Shown: positions 36,000-50,712 of the stretch, one piece after another
How positions within the stretch are numbered: position 1 is the first letter of the stretch
How the letters are laid out: each line of letters starts with the position of its first letter
DNA from: the human T2T-CHM13v2.0 reference genome, Homo sapiens
Direction: 5' to 3' (one strand)
Length of the DNA stretch: 64,000 nucleotides
Assembly: GCF_009914755.1 (NCBI RefSeq)
Contig: NC_060926.1
The notes under the pieces: generated by a model
What the model was told of the DNA's origin: nothing
What the model saw: only the letters and a program-made list of their open reading frames with translations
The model's database searches: none
Program-made: the position numbers and the translations under genes

Positions 36000-36384
36000 T
36001 CTATTAGTCTGTTTTTACACTGCTATCAAGATACTACTCAATACTGGATAATTTATAAACAAATGAGGTTTAATTTACTCACAGTTCTGCATGTCTGGGG
36101 AGGCCTCAGGAGACTTACAATCATGGTGGAAGGGGAAGCAGGCACCTTCTTCACAAGGTGGCAGGAGAGAGAAGTGTGTGAAGGAGAGACTGCCAAACAC
36201 TTATAAAACCATCAGCTCCTGTGAGAACTCAGTCATTGTCAGAAGAACAGCATGGGGAAAACTGACCTCATGATCCAATCACCTCTCTCCCTCGACATGT
36301 GGGGATTACAAGTCCCTCCCTCAACACGTGGGGATTACAATTTGAGATGAGATTTGGGTGGGGACACAGAGTGGAACCATATCA
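36000..36384 (-). mobile_element. MaLR solo LTR (THE1D/MSTA-like)
   Basis: TATTAGTCTGTTTTTACACTGCTAT..GGGGACACAGAG..AACCATATCA; perfect 5-bp TSD TAGTC (35995-35999 and 36385-36389). Confidence 0.93.
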
Positions 36385-36751
36385 TAGTCACTTTGAAATA
36401 TATGCCATCTTGCCTTTGAAAGAGGAACAATTTGTGTGCAAAGATGAAGTAAGTATCCTTGCCCTCTCAAATTATACTCTTCAAAACTGAGAACGTATGT
36501 TTTAGGTATAGCAGACTTCAGAGAATTATCTTGGGGTGTATGCTAGAGGCACATGGGTTGAAATTTATAAAAGATGCAAATTTGCATGTCTGTGTTTTCT
36601 CAAATGGACAAGGAAATTTCTCGCCAATTTTGGCTTTACAAATTGATTCTCCTACAATGGAGTATCTACATTTGTTGTATAAAATGAATGAAAAAAAATC
36701 AGGAAAGTGTTTCATCCCAGAGGATTTCAGTTTACAGCTCAGTCAGAATTG

Positions 36752-37243
<492 letters not shown>

Positions 37244-37634
37244 TATATCATTTAAAGTGCAGGTTAGATTACACGTTTATATTTTGCTATTTCTGGAAGA
37301 TTTTAGGTCCACTTGACTTTCTATTGGCAAAATGGAAAGACATGGGATGAAGGGGAACATTGTGGAAATCACATTTTGAGAATCAGGAAGGAGCAATGAG
37401 AAAGTAGATTATTTCTTCACCCATAAAAGTTAACTGCAGTCATTGAGAAATAAATTGAAAAAAATGGCTTTAGCTGATAATTCCCCTTTGGGAACTAGAG
37501 CAAGTAAGCAGATCCTATCAAAGGTAGGACCAAGACATTAGGCAGGGGCACTTGGGGCCAATCAACTTGCTAGTTGTTGGAGTTATGCTGTATGGGTGAA
37601 GTAGCTCCAATCCAGCAAAATTACTCTTTATTTT

Positions 37635-37922
37635 ATTGTTATTGAGACGGAGTCTCGCTCTGTTGCCCAGGCTGGAGTGCAGTGGCATGATCTGGGCTCA
37701 CTGCAACCTCTGCCTCCCGGGTTCAAGAAATTCTCTGCCTCAACCTCCCGAGTAGCTGGAATTACAGGCGCCCACCACCACACCCAGCTAATTTTTGTAT
37801 TTTTAGTAGAGACAAGGTTTCACCGTCTTGGCCAGGCTGGTCTTGAACTCCTGAACTCATGATCCACCCACCTCAGCCTCCCAAAGTTCTGGGATTACAG
37901 GCATGAGCCAATGTACCTGGCA
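37635..37922 (-). mobile_element. AluSg-like
   Basis: Full dimer; GGCTGGTCTTGAACTCCTGAACTCATGATCC; TSD TCTTTATTTT at 37625-37634 and 37923-37932. Confidence 0.93.
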
Positions 37923-38449
37923 TCTTTATTTTTTAAATTCACTTTTGTTTATTCATTTTAACATTGCCAAAATAATTATTAGCTTAATATCTGTGTAATC
38001 AACATATAATAGAAACACAATAAATATTTTTGAATGAAAGTGTAAAACATTGATTGTAGAAAATACGGAGACAAAAAAATTAACCCATCACTGTTAATAT
38101 TTTGGTTTTAAAAAGGGTCATACTATACATAATGTTTGCTAATCTTTTTTTTCCCATAAATCTGTTTCCATGCCACCAAACGTGCTTGCCAAAACTGTTA
38201 TTTATCCACTGAATAGTAATTGCATAGTTTCTAGAAAATTATTTGTAGATTGCCTATAAAAGTCTCTAGGTGACTCACCTATTTATTTTAGTCACTGTAT
38301 TTTAATTTACATTTTCAAAGTTCAATTAGTTTATTCTGATTATGCAAAGAATATTTGCCTATTAAAATTACAGATATACGTAATAAAAATGTAGTATTTT
38401 CTCAATTATAAGATAATATCAAATGAAACTTACACCAACATTTTATGAC

Positions 38450-38581
38450 TTTTTATTTTTTATTAGAGATGGAGTCTCAATATGTTGCCCAGGCTGGTCT
38501 CGAACTCCTGCCTCAAGTGATTCTCCCTCCTCAACCTCCAAAGGTGTTGGGATTACAGGTTTAAGCCACTGTGCAAAGTCC
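38450..38581 (-). mobile_element. FLAM_C / Alu left monomer
   Basis: AGAGATGGAGTCTCAATATGTTGCCCAGGCTGGTCTCGAACTCCTG..GGGATTACAGG. Confidence 0.85.
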
Positions 38582-38749
38582 TTAATAATATTTCTTAGAG
38601 AAAAATATTTTATTAAATGTGCCTGTCAATTGTAGGACACAACCTGATTTTAAAATGAATGAAAAAACACTTTTCAGAATAAAGGATGTACAGTATTAGA
38701 GATAACTATTGTGATTGTGTTTGAAGGATGCTAAAAGTGCCAAATTGTC

Positions 38750-38900
38750 TCACTCCCCACTGCAGGCTTGTGAGGGAGGTGTGGGGCTGTAGTTATTATT
38801 CATATTTTACAGCTAAAGAGACCCATACTAAGAGGTATTAAATAACTTGTTCAAGATTCTTCAATAGGTAGTAAAAGCAAAATCCAAACCTATACCAATC
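38750..38900 (-). mobile_element. MIR
   Basis: TTATTATTCATATTTTACAG..AGAGGTATTAAATAACTTGTTCAAG. Confidence 0.65.
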
Positions 38901-38917
38901 TGAGGTGAGAAAATATA

Positions 38918-41080
38918 TTTTTAAAAATTGTGATGAGATATATATAACATATATTTTCAATTTGTAAAGGTATATTATATATAACATATGTTAGTATGTT
39001 ATATTAACATGTTAGTATAATATTGTATAAAATATGTTATACATAATACATGCAAAAAATTTGTCATATATCATATAATTATGTATATTATTATAAAATA
39101 ATTTGTATTATGCATTATTTTATGATACATAACAAATATATTATTATGTATAATAATATGTGATATATGATAAAATGTATGATAAAGTAAATACATCTTA
39201 CATAATATATACTATGTAATGTATATAACAAATAAGTAATATATAAATATACAACAAATTTTGCCATTTTAATAAAAGTGTACATTCACACCATTGTGCA
39301 AACACCACCACTATTTCTTGAAATTTTTAATGACCTTACACAGAAACTCTTCAACCATTAAGCAGTAACATCCCATTCTCTCCTCTCTTTGCCCTTGGTA
39401 ATTGCTAATATACTTTCTTTCTCTGTCTCTTTGCTCATTCTAGATCCTTTATATAAGTGAAATTTTTCAGTATTTGTTCTTTTGTGTCTGGCTTATTTTG
39501 CTTTGCATACTGTTTTCAAGTTTTGTCCATATTGTAGCATATAACAAGACTTAATTCCGTTTTACAGCTGAATAATATTCCATGGTCCAGGCATTAATTT
39601 TCCATTAGTCTGTTGACAGATGCTTGAGTTATTTCCACCTTTTGTCTATTGTGAGTAATGCTGCTATGAACACATCTTTTTGAGTACTTGCTTTTAATTA
39701 TTTTGGGTGTATTCTTAGGTGTGAAATATCTGGATGATATAATAATTATATGTTTAGCTTTTGGAGAAACCACTCAAATGTTTTCTTCAGTGGCTACATA
39801 ATTTTTTATATATCCACCAGCAATGTAGAGGTTTCCAATTTTTTTATATCCTTACCAACATTTGTTATTTTTCAATTAAAAAAATTATAGCCAGGCTAGT
39901 GAGTGTAAAGTGGTTTCTCATAGTGATTTTGATATGGATCTTCCTAATGATTAATGATGTTGGGAATCTTTTCATGTGTTTATTGGCCATTAGTATATCT
40001 TTTCTGGAAAGCTATCTATTCAAGTATTTTGCTCATTTTTATCAAATTGTATCTTTGTTGTTAAATTTTTGAGTTCTTTATACACTCTGGCTAGTAAACT
40101 CTTATCAGATATATGTTTGTCAAATACTTTCTCCAATTTTGTAGGTTGTCTTTTTAATATCTTGATAGTGTCCTTTGATGTGTCAAATGTTAATATTGAT
40201 GAAGTTTAATTTATTTTTTTATTTTGTTGCCTGTGCTTTTGGTGTCATGTCTAAGAACTCATTGCTAAATCCCAAATTATGAAGATTTACCAGTATATTT
40301 TCTTCTAAGAATTTTATGGTTTTAACTCTTACATTTAGTCATTAATCTATTTTGAGTTCTTTTTCTTAATATGGTGTGAGATAGGGGTCCAACCTCATTC
40401 TTCTGCCTGTGAAAATTTAGTTGTCCAAGCAGCATTTGTTGAATAGACTATTTCCCCACTGAATGGACTTGGCACCCTTGTTGAAAAATCAATTGGTTAG
40501 AGATGTCTACTGTAGCTTTGTAGAAAGTTTTGAAATCAAGTGGGATTCCTCCAATTTTGTTCTTATTTTTCAAGATTGTGTTGACTATTCGAGACCCCTT
40601 GAAATTCCATATGAATTTGAGGTTTGGCTTTTCCAGTTCTGCAAAATGGCTTAAAATTTTTATAGGGGTTGAATTAATTTGTAGCTCACTCTGCATAGTA
40701 TTGTCATCTTAACAATACTAAGTCACCCAATTCATAAACATGAGATGTCTTTCAATTTATTTAGGTCTTCTTTAAATTCTTTCAGCAATATTTTGTTGTT
40801 TTCAGTGTATAAGTCTTTCACATTTTTGGTAAAAATTCTTTTTAGGTATTTTATTATTTTAGATGTTATAGTGCATGGAAATGCTTTTTTAAATTTCCTT
40901 TTTGATTGTTCTTTGCTGGTGTACAGAAACATTAACTGATTTTTGTGTCTTTATCTTGTACCTTGCAACTTGCTGAATTTAGTAACTCTAGTAACTTTTA
41001 TTCTTTGAGATTTTCTATATGTGGGATTCTATCATCTGTAAATAAAGATACTTTTGCTTCTTTTCAAATTTAAGTGCTTT
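38918..41080 (-). mobile_element. L1MB-type 3' region (3'UTR plus ORF2 C-terminal part)
   Basis: CCATTGTGCAAACACCACCACTAT, AGAAACTC..CCATTAAGCAGTAAC; ORF2-like translations ([32 protein letters not shown]). Confidence 0.88.
38937..39255. repeat. AT-rich low-complexity tract with nested inverted repeats
   Basis: About 320 bp of very AT-rich, TA-dinucleotide-rich sequence near the L1MB 3' end. Confidence 0.9.
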
Positions 41081-42980
41081 TGTGTTTTCAAAGAATTTAT
41101 TACTACTACTTTTCAAGAAAATAAAATTCAACCCTAATTTTATTACTCAGGAAGAGATTAATTTTCGACAATTGACGGATAACTTTCTAGATTCATTCAT
41201 CTACTATTCATTCCCTCACTCATCATTTTATACATACACACACACATATATGAACACACACACACACAGATACATAAAATTCTCTAAAATTTTCCTGATA
41301 AGTCAATTTTAGAAATTTATATATTTTTAGAAAATTATCTATTTCATTTATTATTGCAATTATTTTGACACAATATAATTTTATTTTATGGATACATTCA
41401 AGGAATTACCTGTTCAATTTAGTGTTTTAATGCCTTATTTTTTATTAGTAAAATATTACTAATATATTTTTTAATAAAAATACTAAAAATTCTATCTTTT
41501 GTTATTTTCTTCTTCCTACCTACTTGTTTATCTACCATTTTTTTTCCAGAATTTCGTTACAAATTTTAACATTTATACTTTATTTAAATATAGTTTAAGG
41601 GCTTTGCTTGTCTGATTACAATTTTAATTATGTTTCATGTGTACTTTTCTCATTGTAGGTACATGTTCTTAACCTGTAATTGCAGTTTTACATTCTATTT
41701 TGACTCATGAATAATTTAGGGTGTTTAATTACTTCTGATGATCTTTGTATTTGTAAATGGAGATGGAGGATCTGGACTGTTGTTTGTGGTAATTGGTAGA
41801 TTTGTTTCTACTCTCTTTTGCTATAATTTAGTTAATTATAGCCATGTTCAGTTTTTTCTTTTTTATACAGTCAACCAATCAAAAGCCTCCCTGACCTATT
41901 GAGGTGGCATTTCCTTCCTACCCTTAATTCACGTCTAACATTTCCTATTTTCATTATGCTCTAAGGTTTTTTTCTATCTCAGCCTCCACTTGAAGTCCCC
42001 AGGGCACGCTGCTACCACCAATCAGCTTCCATTTCCTGCCTGGCAGTTTTTATGAACTTTGTAGCCTTTGTTTGTTTGTTTGTTTTAACAATGCAGCCAG
42101 TGCAACTGTTACAGGGTGGAGAGAAGGCAGGAGGCTACACACTTCCAGTCCCACATTGCATCACCCACGAGTTATAGTTATTCCTCTTGTCAGCACAATC
42201 GTGGGTCTCAGAATTAGGAAACATATGATGGTAAGGTAAAACAGAACTTCCTTTTTTTTTGTCAGTCATCCCCATCTTTTGAAGGGAAACTGAGGCATGC
42301 AACAGACTGAAGCATGTGCTAGTCTATTGCAATCTTGTCATATAAGCACTATTGTTATATTTTCCATTAGACTTCTGTGGAGTTTTCTGACTGTCTTATA
42401 TATTTAAATATTAGAGAAAATTTCCCACTTCTTGGAAATTTGAAGGTATTTAGTGAGCATTTTCAAGAGACTATATAAAGAAAACATTGGCTAGATGATA
42501 TTTTTGAACTGGAAGATACTTCAGAGAGCTTCTTAAATGCACATCTCAAGTTCTGACAACAAACATGCTGTCTATGTGGTAGATGCACTTACAAAAATCT
42601 AAGTAGCACAAAATAATTGAAGCAGGTTTAACAATGCTCTTGACACTCAGTGCCAATGACAGCCCTCATCAAAATAATCTATAACTCTTAGAAAAAATAG
42701 ATAGAAGGATATAATTAATTCATGGCAAAATTAGAGTATTAAAATAAATAATGGTTTCTTGGAGATAAGATACATATGTATGAGCTTTAACCAAGTTTAA
42801 CCAAGTTTAAGAGAAATCTCATTTTTATAAATTTAAAATTAGAGATTGATTTTCTCTATAGGAATAATTAAAAATTAATTAAAGATTTTTATCAGGATCT
42901 TTAAAAGGTTAACACCATTATAAGATTTCAAATACAATATATTTTCAGAAAGCTGACCTAATCACAGATTTTCTGAAAAA

Positions 42981-43490
42981 TATAGCAGATTACATTTTTC
43001 CAAAATGGCCACAACACTATTTCTTATCCCTTTTACATCTCTTAGAATATAATTTTTACACTCTTACCATAGAAAGGTAGGGATCTATGATTTTTTTACC
43101 CTTTTATTAGGCTGGACTCCTGACAATGGCAGTAGTGATGCCATGTGACATCTAAGACTTGTTTATAAAAGACAATCCTCTTGAGTTGGTTACTCTAGAA
43201 ACTCAGCAACCATGCTATAAAGAAGGCATTCTGCTATGTGGAGGGGAGGCATGGAGGTGTTCCAGCCAACAGCCCCAGTTGTACTAGTCAACAGCCCATA
43301 TCAACCATCAGATATACTGTGAGGGAGCTCTCAGTCTTTGCCCCAAATGACACCATGAAAGTAGAAGCAAACTTTCTTCCCTCAGCTCTGCTCATATTAT
43401 TGTGGATTGCAAATCAAAATAGTTATTGTTGGATTATGTTGCTAAATTTTAGGGAGAAGGGTTGTTATGCATCAATAAATAACTGGAATA
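42981..43490 (+). mobile_element. Old MaLR LTR (MLT1G1/H-like)
   Basis: TAGCAGATTACATTTTTCCAAAATGGCCACAAC..CCAGCCAACAGCCCCAG..TTGTTATGCATCAATAAATAACTGGAA. Confidence 0.75.
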
Positions 43491-43740
43491 CCATCTATCC
43501 TATGCTGCGCATTATAACCTTAATATGGTGTTATGGATATATCCAATTTGTACGTCAAACCTATAAAATACATTTTTAAAAAGTAGCGTCTAAAATATCT
43601 GATTCAGCTTTTCTAAATATTGATTGATGATTATGTTTATCAGCTGGCACGAACCAAAAAGTACATTGAGCAACTTACAAACAAACTTTAGATCTTAAGT
43701 GAAAATGAAACATAATAAAACCACTTCTCCTGAAAGGGTA

Positions 43741-44136
43741 TGTGTTAGTCTGTTTTGTGTTGCTAAAAAGGAGTACCTGAGACTAGGTACTTTATTTTAA
43801 AAAAGAGGTTTATTTTGGTCAGTATTCTGCAGGCTGTACAAGCATGGCATCAGTGTCTGCTTCTGGTGAGGGCTTCAGAAAGACTATAATCATGGCAGAA
43901 GATGAAAATAGAGCAGGTGCATAACATGGGAAAGGGGGCACGAGAAAGCAGGGTAGGTGCTAGGCTCTTTTAAACACCCAGCTCTCATAGTAACTCATTA
44001 CCATAGGGAGGGCACCCAGCCATTCATGAGAGACCTGCCCCCGTGACCCAAGCACCTCCCACAGGGCTCTACCTTCAACATTGGGGATCACGTTTCAACA
44101 CGAGGTTTGAAGGGGACAAATATCCAAACTATATCA
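43741..44136 (-). mobile_element. MaLR solo LTR (MSTB/MSTB1-like)
   Basis: TGTGTTAGTCTGTTTTGTGTTGCTA..GGGGACAAATATCCAAACTATATCA. Confidence 0.9.
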
Positions 44137-44169
44137 GTATATTATAGAGCAAAATAGTCAGATTTCGGA

Positions 44170-45890
44170 TTCTGCCAATATTGTAATAGATCAACTTACT
44201 GAGAACAACTAGAAAAAAAAATAAAAATATGAAAAAGCATTTATCTTAAGGACACATCAGACAGAAGTCAAGAAAGTGAGTTATTGAGTTGTCAAGGTCT
44301 TTGAGAAATAGAATGCCTGAAGAAGTAATCTAAAATTTGGTGTTCTTTTTTTCTTCCAGAAAATTATTGATTTAAAGGATGCAGATGAGAACCTGAAGAG
44401 CTGACTAAAAAGTAATGACTGAAAAGCTGAGATACTGAGCATAGCTTCCAAATGTCTCATGGGGCTATAGAGAAAAACCCTGTGTTCATGGCCCACTGTG
44501 AAATAAGAATGCTAGGAAACCTCCAGGCTTTTAGTTAGGACTCCTGAAACATGATAGTAAGGAATGTGAATATAAACATAGGAGAAAACCAAAAATATGC
44601 CAGACCTCACAAAGAATGAAGCCTGAATTTGAATTAGCTCAGTGGTTGATTGAATTAGGTCATATTCCTTCTTTAAACTGCCTCATTGGAATAAAAAGTA
44701 AATCCTTTCTGGAGGAAAATAACATCACCGAGTTCCTTAAATTACTTGTATATGTTCCCAGACTTTGTGTATTCAATCTAAAATACTCAGGTACATAAAA
44801 AGGTGAAAGTTAACAAACAAAAGAATACAACGAAGAGGATCCAGATATTAGAACTATCAATCACATCCTTTAAATAAGTATAAATAGTATGTTTAAGAAG
44901 TGCCAATCTGAAAGACTTAAGTAGATAACTGAAAATTATTCAAAACAAACAACAAAAGAATGGAAAAGAAAAAATGATAAATGCAATTAGATAATAGGTT
45001 TCCTCAACATCTTACTGAACAAAGAAAAAAAGATAAATAGTGTATCATAAAATAAATCAGAAGAAAATATCTATAGTGAAATACAAAAAAATGGGATAGA
45101 AAAAGATAGAAAACAGAATGAGTCATGTGGAATATATGAAAGTAAAAAAAGTACGATGCATATATTGTATTCTCAGAAAGATGAGAGAGAGAGCAAAGGG
45201 AATAAAGACAATATTTAAAGAAACAATGGATGCACATATTCTGAAAGTGATATAAGACATCAAATCACAGATGTAAAAAGCCACAATTAATCCAAAGAAA
45301 ATATGTAGAAATGAAAGCACATCTTGCTATTCAATGTAAAATTGTTGAAAACCAAAAGAAAAGAGAATATGTTGATAAAAAGAAAAGTCTTATTTTAAAA
45401 TTAATGATAATACTTATAACTGAGTTTTCATAAAAGCAAATGAAGATGAAAGACTATAGATGATAGTTTTCAAATATTAAGAGAATATAATTGTAAACAT
45501 ATTTTGCCCAGAAAAAAAATAGCAAAAGGAGAGAACAAAATAAAAATACCTTCAAAAAAAGAAACAAAAAACTGAGTAAATTCATTACTAGTTGATCTGA
45601 TACTAAAGGAAATTCTTATAGTATAAAGAAGATGATTCCTGATAGAAGCTTAAAGATGGAGGTATTAATAAATAGTAGATAAAAGGGTAAACATATGGAA
45701 AATATAAAAACATTTGACTATACAAAAGAACAACAGTTTTATGAAGTTTAAAACTTATAGGACTAAATACATAAAAATTAGCACAGATGTTAAAATTTTC
45801 TCTGTATTGACTATAAGAAAGCAAAAATAATAACTGTTATTACATTTAATAAGTAAAACATTCTTGTTTTACTATCTATGGCAACCACCA
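44170..45890 (+). mobile_element. Very old LINE-1 5'/ORF1 region (L1ME/L1M4/HAL1-type)
   Basis: A-rich strand with decayed ORF1 motifs (CCAGATATTAGAACTA, AATATTTAAAGAAACAATGG, AGACATCAAATCACAGAT, AAAATTGTTGAAAACCAAA). Confidence 0.65.
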
Positions 45891-45894
45891 AAGG

Positions 45895-45992
45895 AATTGT
45901 TTATTTCTGGAAATGTCCATATATTTTTAGACTGGTTGACTCCAGGTAACTGAAACCATGAAAAGTAAAGCCATGGATAAAGAGGTAGTACC
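45895..45992 (+). mobile_element. MER8/Tigger3-type terminal fragment
   Basis: TTGTTTATTTCTGGAA..GGTTGACTCCAGGTAACTGAAACCATGAAAAGTAAAGCCATGGATAA. Confidence 0.75.
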
Positions 45993-46174
45993 ACATGTGC
46001 ATTTCTGAAATTTTTTTCTCAAGAGCTAAAGAAAGAAAGCTATAACTGGGTTTAGAGCCCTGGGCATTCAGGGATAACATTTTTTTTTTTTTCTGACTAC
46101 TTATTCTAAACCAACATTTGTTTTCCCCAAAGATAGTGAAGAAATAAAATACACAAATTAGTAGGCTGACTCTT

Positions 46175-46518
<344 letters not shown>

Positions 46519-46566
46519 TTATACCCAGGATTATGGTAAGTTCTGGCTGTAGTAACTGTCATTAGA

Positions 46567-46955
46567 TATTATGAGTTGAATCATGTCCCATTAAAATTCA
46601 TTTATTGAAGTCCTAACCTTCACTACTTCAGAATGTGACCTTACTTGGAAATTAGACAGTTGTAGATGTCATTAGTTATTTAAAGATGAGCTCATACTAG
46701 AGAAGGATGGGCCCCTAAGTCAATGTGGCTGGTGTCCGTATAAAAGGAATGCCCTTATGAAGTGATAGACATGTACACAGGGAGAATACCAAGTGAAGAC
46801 TGGAGTTATGCTGCCAGAAGCCAAGGGACTACCTGAAACTAGGAGAGTGGTCTGGAATAGATCCTCTGTATTGCCTTCACCTTGGGCTCAGACTTGTAGC
46901 CTCCAGAATTGTGAGACAATAAATTTCTGTTGTCTAATCCATTTAGTTTGTGATA
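46567..46955 (+). mobile_element. MaLR LTR (MLT1C-like), 3' end clipped
   Basis: TTATGAGTTGAAT..CAGAATGTGACCTTACTTGGAAA..GCCTCCAGAATTGTGAGACAATAAATTTCTGTTG. Confidence 0.85.
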
Positions 46956-46964
46956 ATTTATCCT

Positions 46965-47570
46965 CAAAATTCTCAAGAAATAAGCATAGGAGGAATGTAC
47001 TTCCAACACAGAGAGAGGCATATATGACAAGCACACAGCTGACATCATACTCAATAGTGAAAAGTTGTAAGAGTCTCCTGTAAGGTCAGGGATAAGACAA
47101 GGTGCCCACACTCATCACTTTTGTTCAATATAGTACTGGAAATCCTAGCCAGAGCAATTAGGTAAGAAAAAAAAATAAGCAGCATCCATATAGGAAAGGA
47201 AAAAGTAAAATTATCTCTTCATTTCTTCATGCTGATGACATAATCTTACATGTAGAAAACCTTAAAGACTCCACCAACACATGGTTAGAACTAATCAACA
47301 GATTCACTAAAGTTTCAGGTTACAAAATCAACAAATAAAAATTAATGACATTTTTACACCATATTAATAAAGTATCCAAAAAAGAAATTATGGAAACAAT
47401 CCCACTTACAATAGCATAAAAATAAAATACTTTGGTGTAAATTTACCAAAGAAGTGAAATATCTATACCATGAAAACCATAAAACCTTGAGAGAAATGAA
47501 GAAGACACACATTAAGGAAAGATATTTTATGTTTATGAATTGTAGGAATTAATATTGTTAAAATGTCTGT
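46965..47570 (+). mobile_element. LINE-1 ORF2 internal fragment (L1M/L1MA-type)
   Basis: ATATATGACAAGCACACAGCTGACATCATACTCAATAGTGAAAAG..TTCAATATAGTACTGGAAATCCTAGCCAGAGCAAT. Confidence 0.88.
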
Positions 47571-47805
47571 TAAAGTTTTTAAAGCAGATCAAAGTATTAC
47601 ATTTGTGTTTGAACTCTAGAGTTTTATCTGTAAAATTTGTATTGTAAAATGTGAATAATAAATTACTTGTCAATTGCCCATTAATTCACCTCTAAGATCT
47701 TTAAATGAAGATAGTTCTCTAGGAATATTAATGATATTTATCACCTGGATTCTCCCACCCTTTCATCCTTTATCTAACACCTGATATCACTTGGGGTTCA
47801 TTCTT

Positions 47806-48098
47806 TTCTTTTTTTAAAGATAGGTTCTTGCTCTGTTGGTCAGGCTGGAGTGTAGTGGCTTGATTATAACTCCCTGCAGCCTCAAACTCCTGGGATCAAG
47901 TGACCCTTCCATCTTAGCCTCCTGAGTACCTGGGACTATAGGCATTCACCCCCATGCCTACTACTTGTAAGAACTGTTTTTAGAGATGGAATCTTTCTAT
48001 GTTGCCCAGTCTGGTCTTGAACTTCTAACTTCAAAGGATCATCCTGCCCCAGCCTCCCAAATTGCTGAGATTATAGGTGTGAGCCACCACACCCAGCC
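47806..48098 (-). mobile_element. AluJ
   Basis: GCAGCCTCAAACTCCTGGG, CTATGTTGCCCAG; TSD GGGTTC(C)ATTCTT on both sides. Confidence 0.9.
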
Positions 48099-49560
48099 AG
48101 GGTTCCATTCTTGAGAAATGCAGATCTCCCCTTCCAGTCTAAGACAATTTTCCCTTTCTTCCCTTGCCTGGATCACCACCTGGATGAAATGGAAAGCCAC
48201 ATGTACAGTGTTTGAAGACTACCACAGAGCACCATATACAAAGTGAAAACATTAAAATAAAATTTAAGAAACGTATTTTGGCCTCCTACAGGGCCTATAA
48301 TTATCTCCTCTATAAGGTTATATAATCTAATATTCCTTTGGTTAAGGCTTGGTTTGTGGATGTTTCTATTACAATATGAAACTATTGACATTCTATATGG
48401 AAACAGCAATTTGTCATCATAAATCAGGTTATTGATTCATTATAGAACAAGATACAGGGTAAATGACTTTTCATGGGTGTCAATTCACTTATTATAAAGG
48501 CAGCTGGACCAGATCAAGCATTCCTAGTAGAAATTTTAATGTATACCATACTCTCTCAGAATTCTTCAAGGATAAGAAAGATCAAGAAGAGAGAAGTAGA
48601 AAGAAAAAATAAATTGCCTAAAACGTAAGTTGGGGACATGATTTGCCATCATAAAATATTTGACTTAACAGTTCATAATGGTTAGAAATCACTAGCCTCA
48701 ATTGCAGTGAGGTCCCATGTTCCCTAGAGAGACTCTGAGAGCCCCAGCAGTGACAATTTGGCCATTCAGCCTCACGAGATGGAGAACATGGCACCAGGAA
48801 GAGGCACAGGTCTCTGAGCTACCCGATTCTAAGCATGGCCCTGCTTCGATGCCTTTGTTAAACATCAGCTAACTTTGGGAAGATGAATTACTTTGTTATG
48901 CTTAAGTAAAAATAACTGGGAAGAAAACACTGCTAAAAACAAACAAGCAATCAACCCAACAAAAATCCAGCATAATAATATGTGCAAGAGCCAAGAATAA
49001 ATGCTTAGGGGATTATCCCCCACAGGGCTGTTTCTCTCCACTAAAGCAGGTAATTGAGAGCTAGCCAGATTGGTCTTGGATTTAATTCTAGTCAGCCACA
49101 CTAATTAGGGCACTTGATTTGACATTTTATACTTGGATTTAGGGGCTTATCAACATATTATGCGGATTTATGGAAAATTGGACACAAATGAATACTTGGA
49201 ACAAATCGCCCTGATGATTTTTAAAAATAGGTCTGTAATATTTTATAACAATCTTTTTATTAGTGACTTTTTTCCCTCATATGTCCGATCTTTTCTAGGA
49301 TATTTTCATGGTTTTCCCCATGGCTTTATCTTTTCTAGATTATTTGACGAACCATCTTTCATTCCCTTGCATTTGTGGGAATTGGATGAATTTTGTCATA
49401 TTTATGCCAGATTTCATTTCAGCAGTAAACTCCCATCTTTAGCCTAATTCTCTTTTATTGCCATAACTTAGAATTGTTTGAGGTTTGAAAATAGAAGACA
49501 ACCACTTGCAAAAAGAGAGTGGAGTTTGTTAATGATTAGAAAAGAAAGAAAAAGTAAATA

Positions 49561-49686
49561 TACTCAGGAGGCCGAGTCAGGAAGATCACCTGAACCCGGG
49601 GAGGTCAAGACTAAATTGAACTGTGATTGTACCATTGTACTCCAGTGTGGGTGACTGACAGTGAGACCCTGTCTGAAAAAAAAAAT
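49561..49686 (+). mobile_element. 5'-truncated AluJ right arm
   Basis: TACTCAGGAGGCCGAG..GTGAGACCCTGTC plus A-tail; TSD AAGTAAATA at 49552-49560 and 49687-49695. Confidence 0.85.
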
Positions 49687-50243
49687 AAGTAAATAAAATT
49701 ATTCTTCAATTAGGATACTGCTAGTCTGCACTTGACATCAGATTTTTCTGTTTTTTTTTAAAGTTAAGTATTTCAAGTTTGGTTATTTTAACAAATCTTC
49801 TTGATAATTGTAAATAGTAGTAAGGTTATAAAATGTCTATAAAATATTGTAAGTTGGGGGTTGTGGAGACAAAAGGAAAATAATTTAAATTGAAAAGAGG
49901 AGCTGAATTCTCTTTGTAGGTCAAGCATGTGTTCTTGCTTAGAGGGACAGGAATAATTGTCATGACGTTTGAAGGTGATGGAGGCTTGACACACTAGCTA
50001 GCTTTGACATAAAATTATACTGCCTCTCTTTAACATGTCTGTCACATGTATCAGTCTTTTCTTTTCCTTCTCCTCCTGGGCATCCTAGCTTCAGTTAGCC
50101 TAATAACTCTCTTGGCTCTTATCAGTCTGATAACCCCAATTTCAAGATGAATGATAGGTCTTCTATTAGAGACAAATGGACATTCACATTGACATTCAAT
50201 GAGGGCACCTTGCTCAGGCTTTTGAAATTCATCTTTTCTTTGA

Positions 50244-50712
<469 letters not shown>

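Noticed and set aside
36284-36342. Duplicated CTCCCTC(G/A)ACA(T/C)GTGGGGATTACAA in the MaLR LTR
   Set aside because: Recalled as a variant shared by many THE1D/MSTA copies; likely inherited from the source element.
42786-42810. 10-bp tandem repeat (CCAAGTTTAA) x2.5
   Set aside because: An ordinary short slippage duplication.
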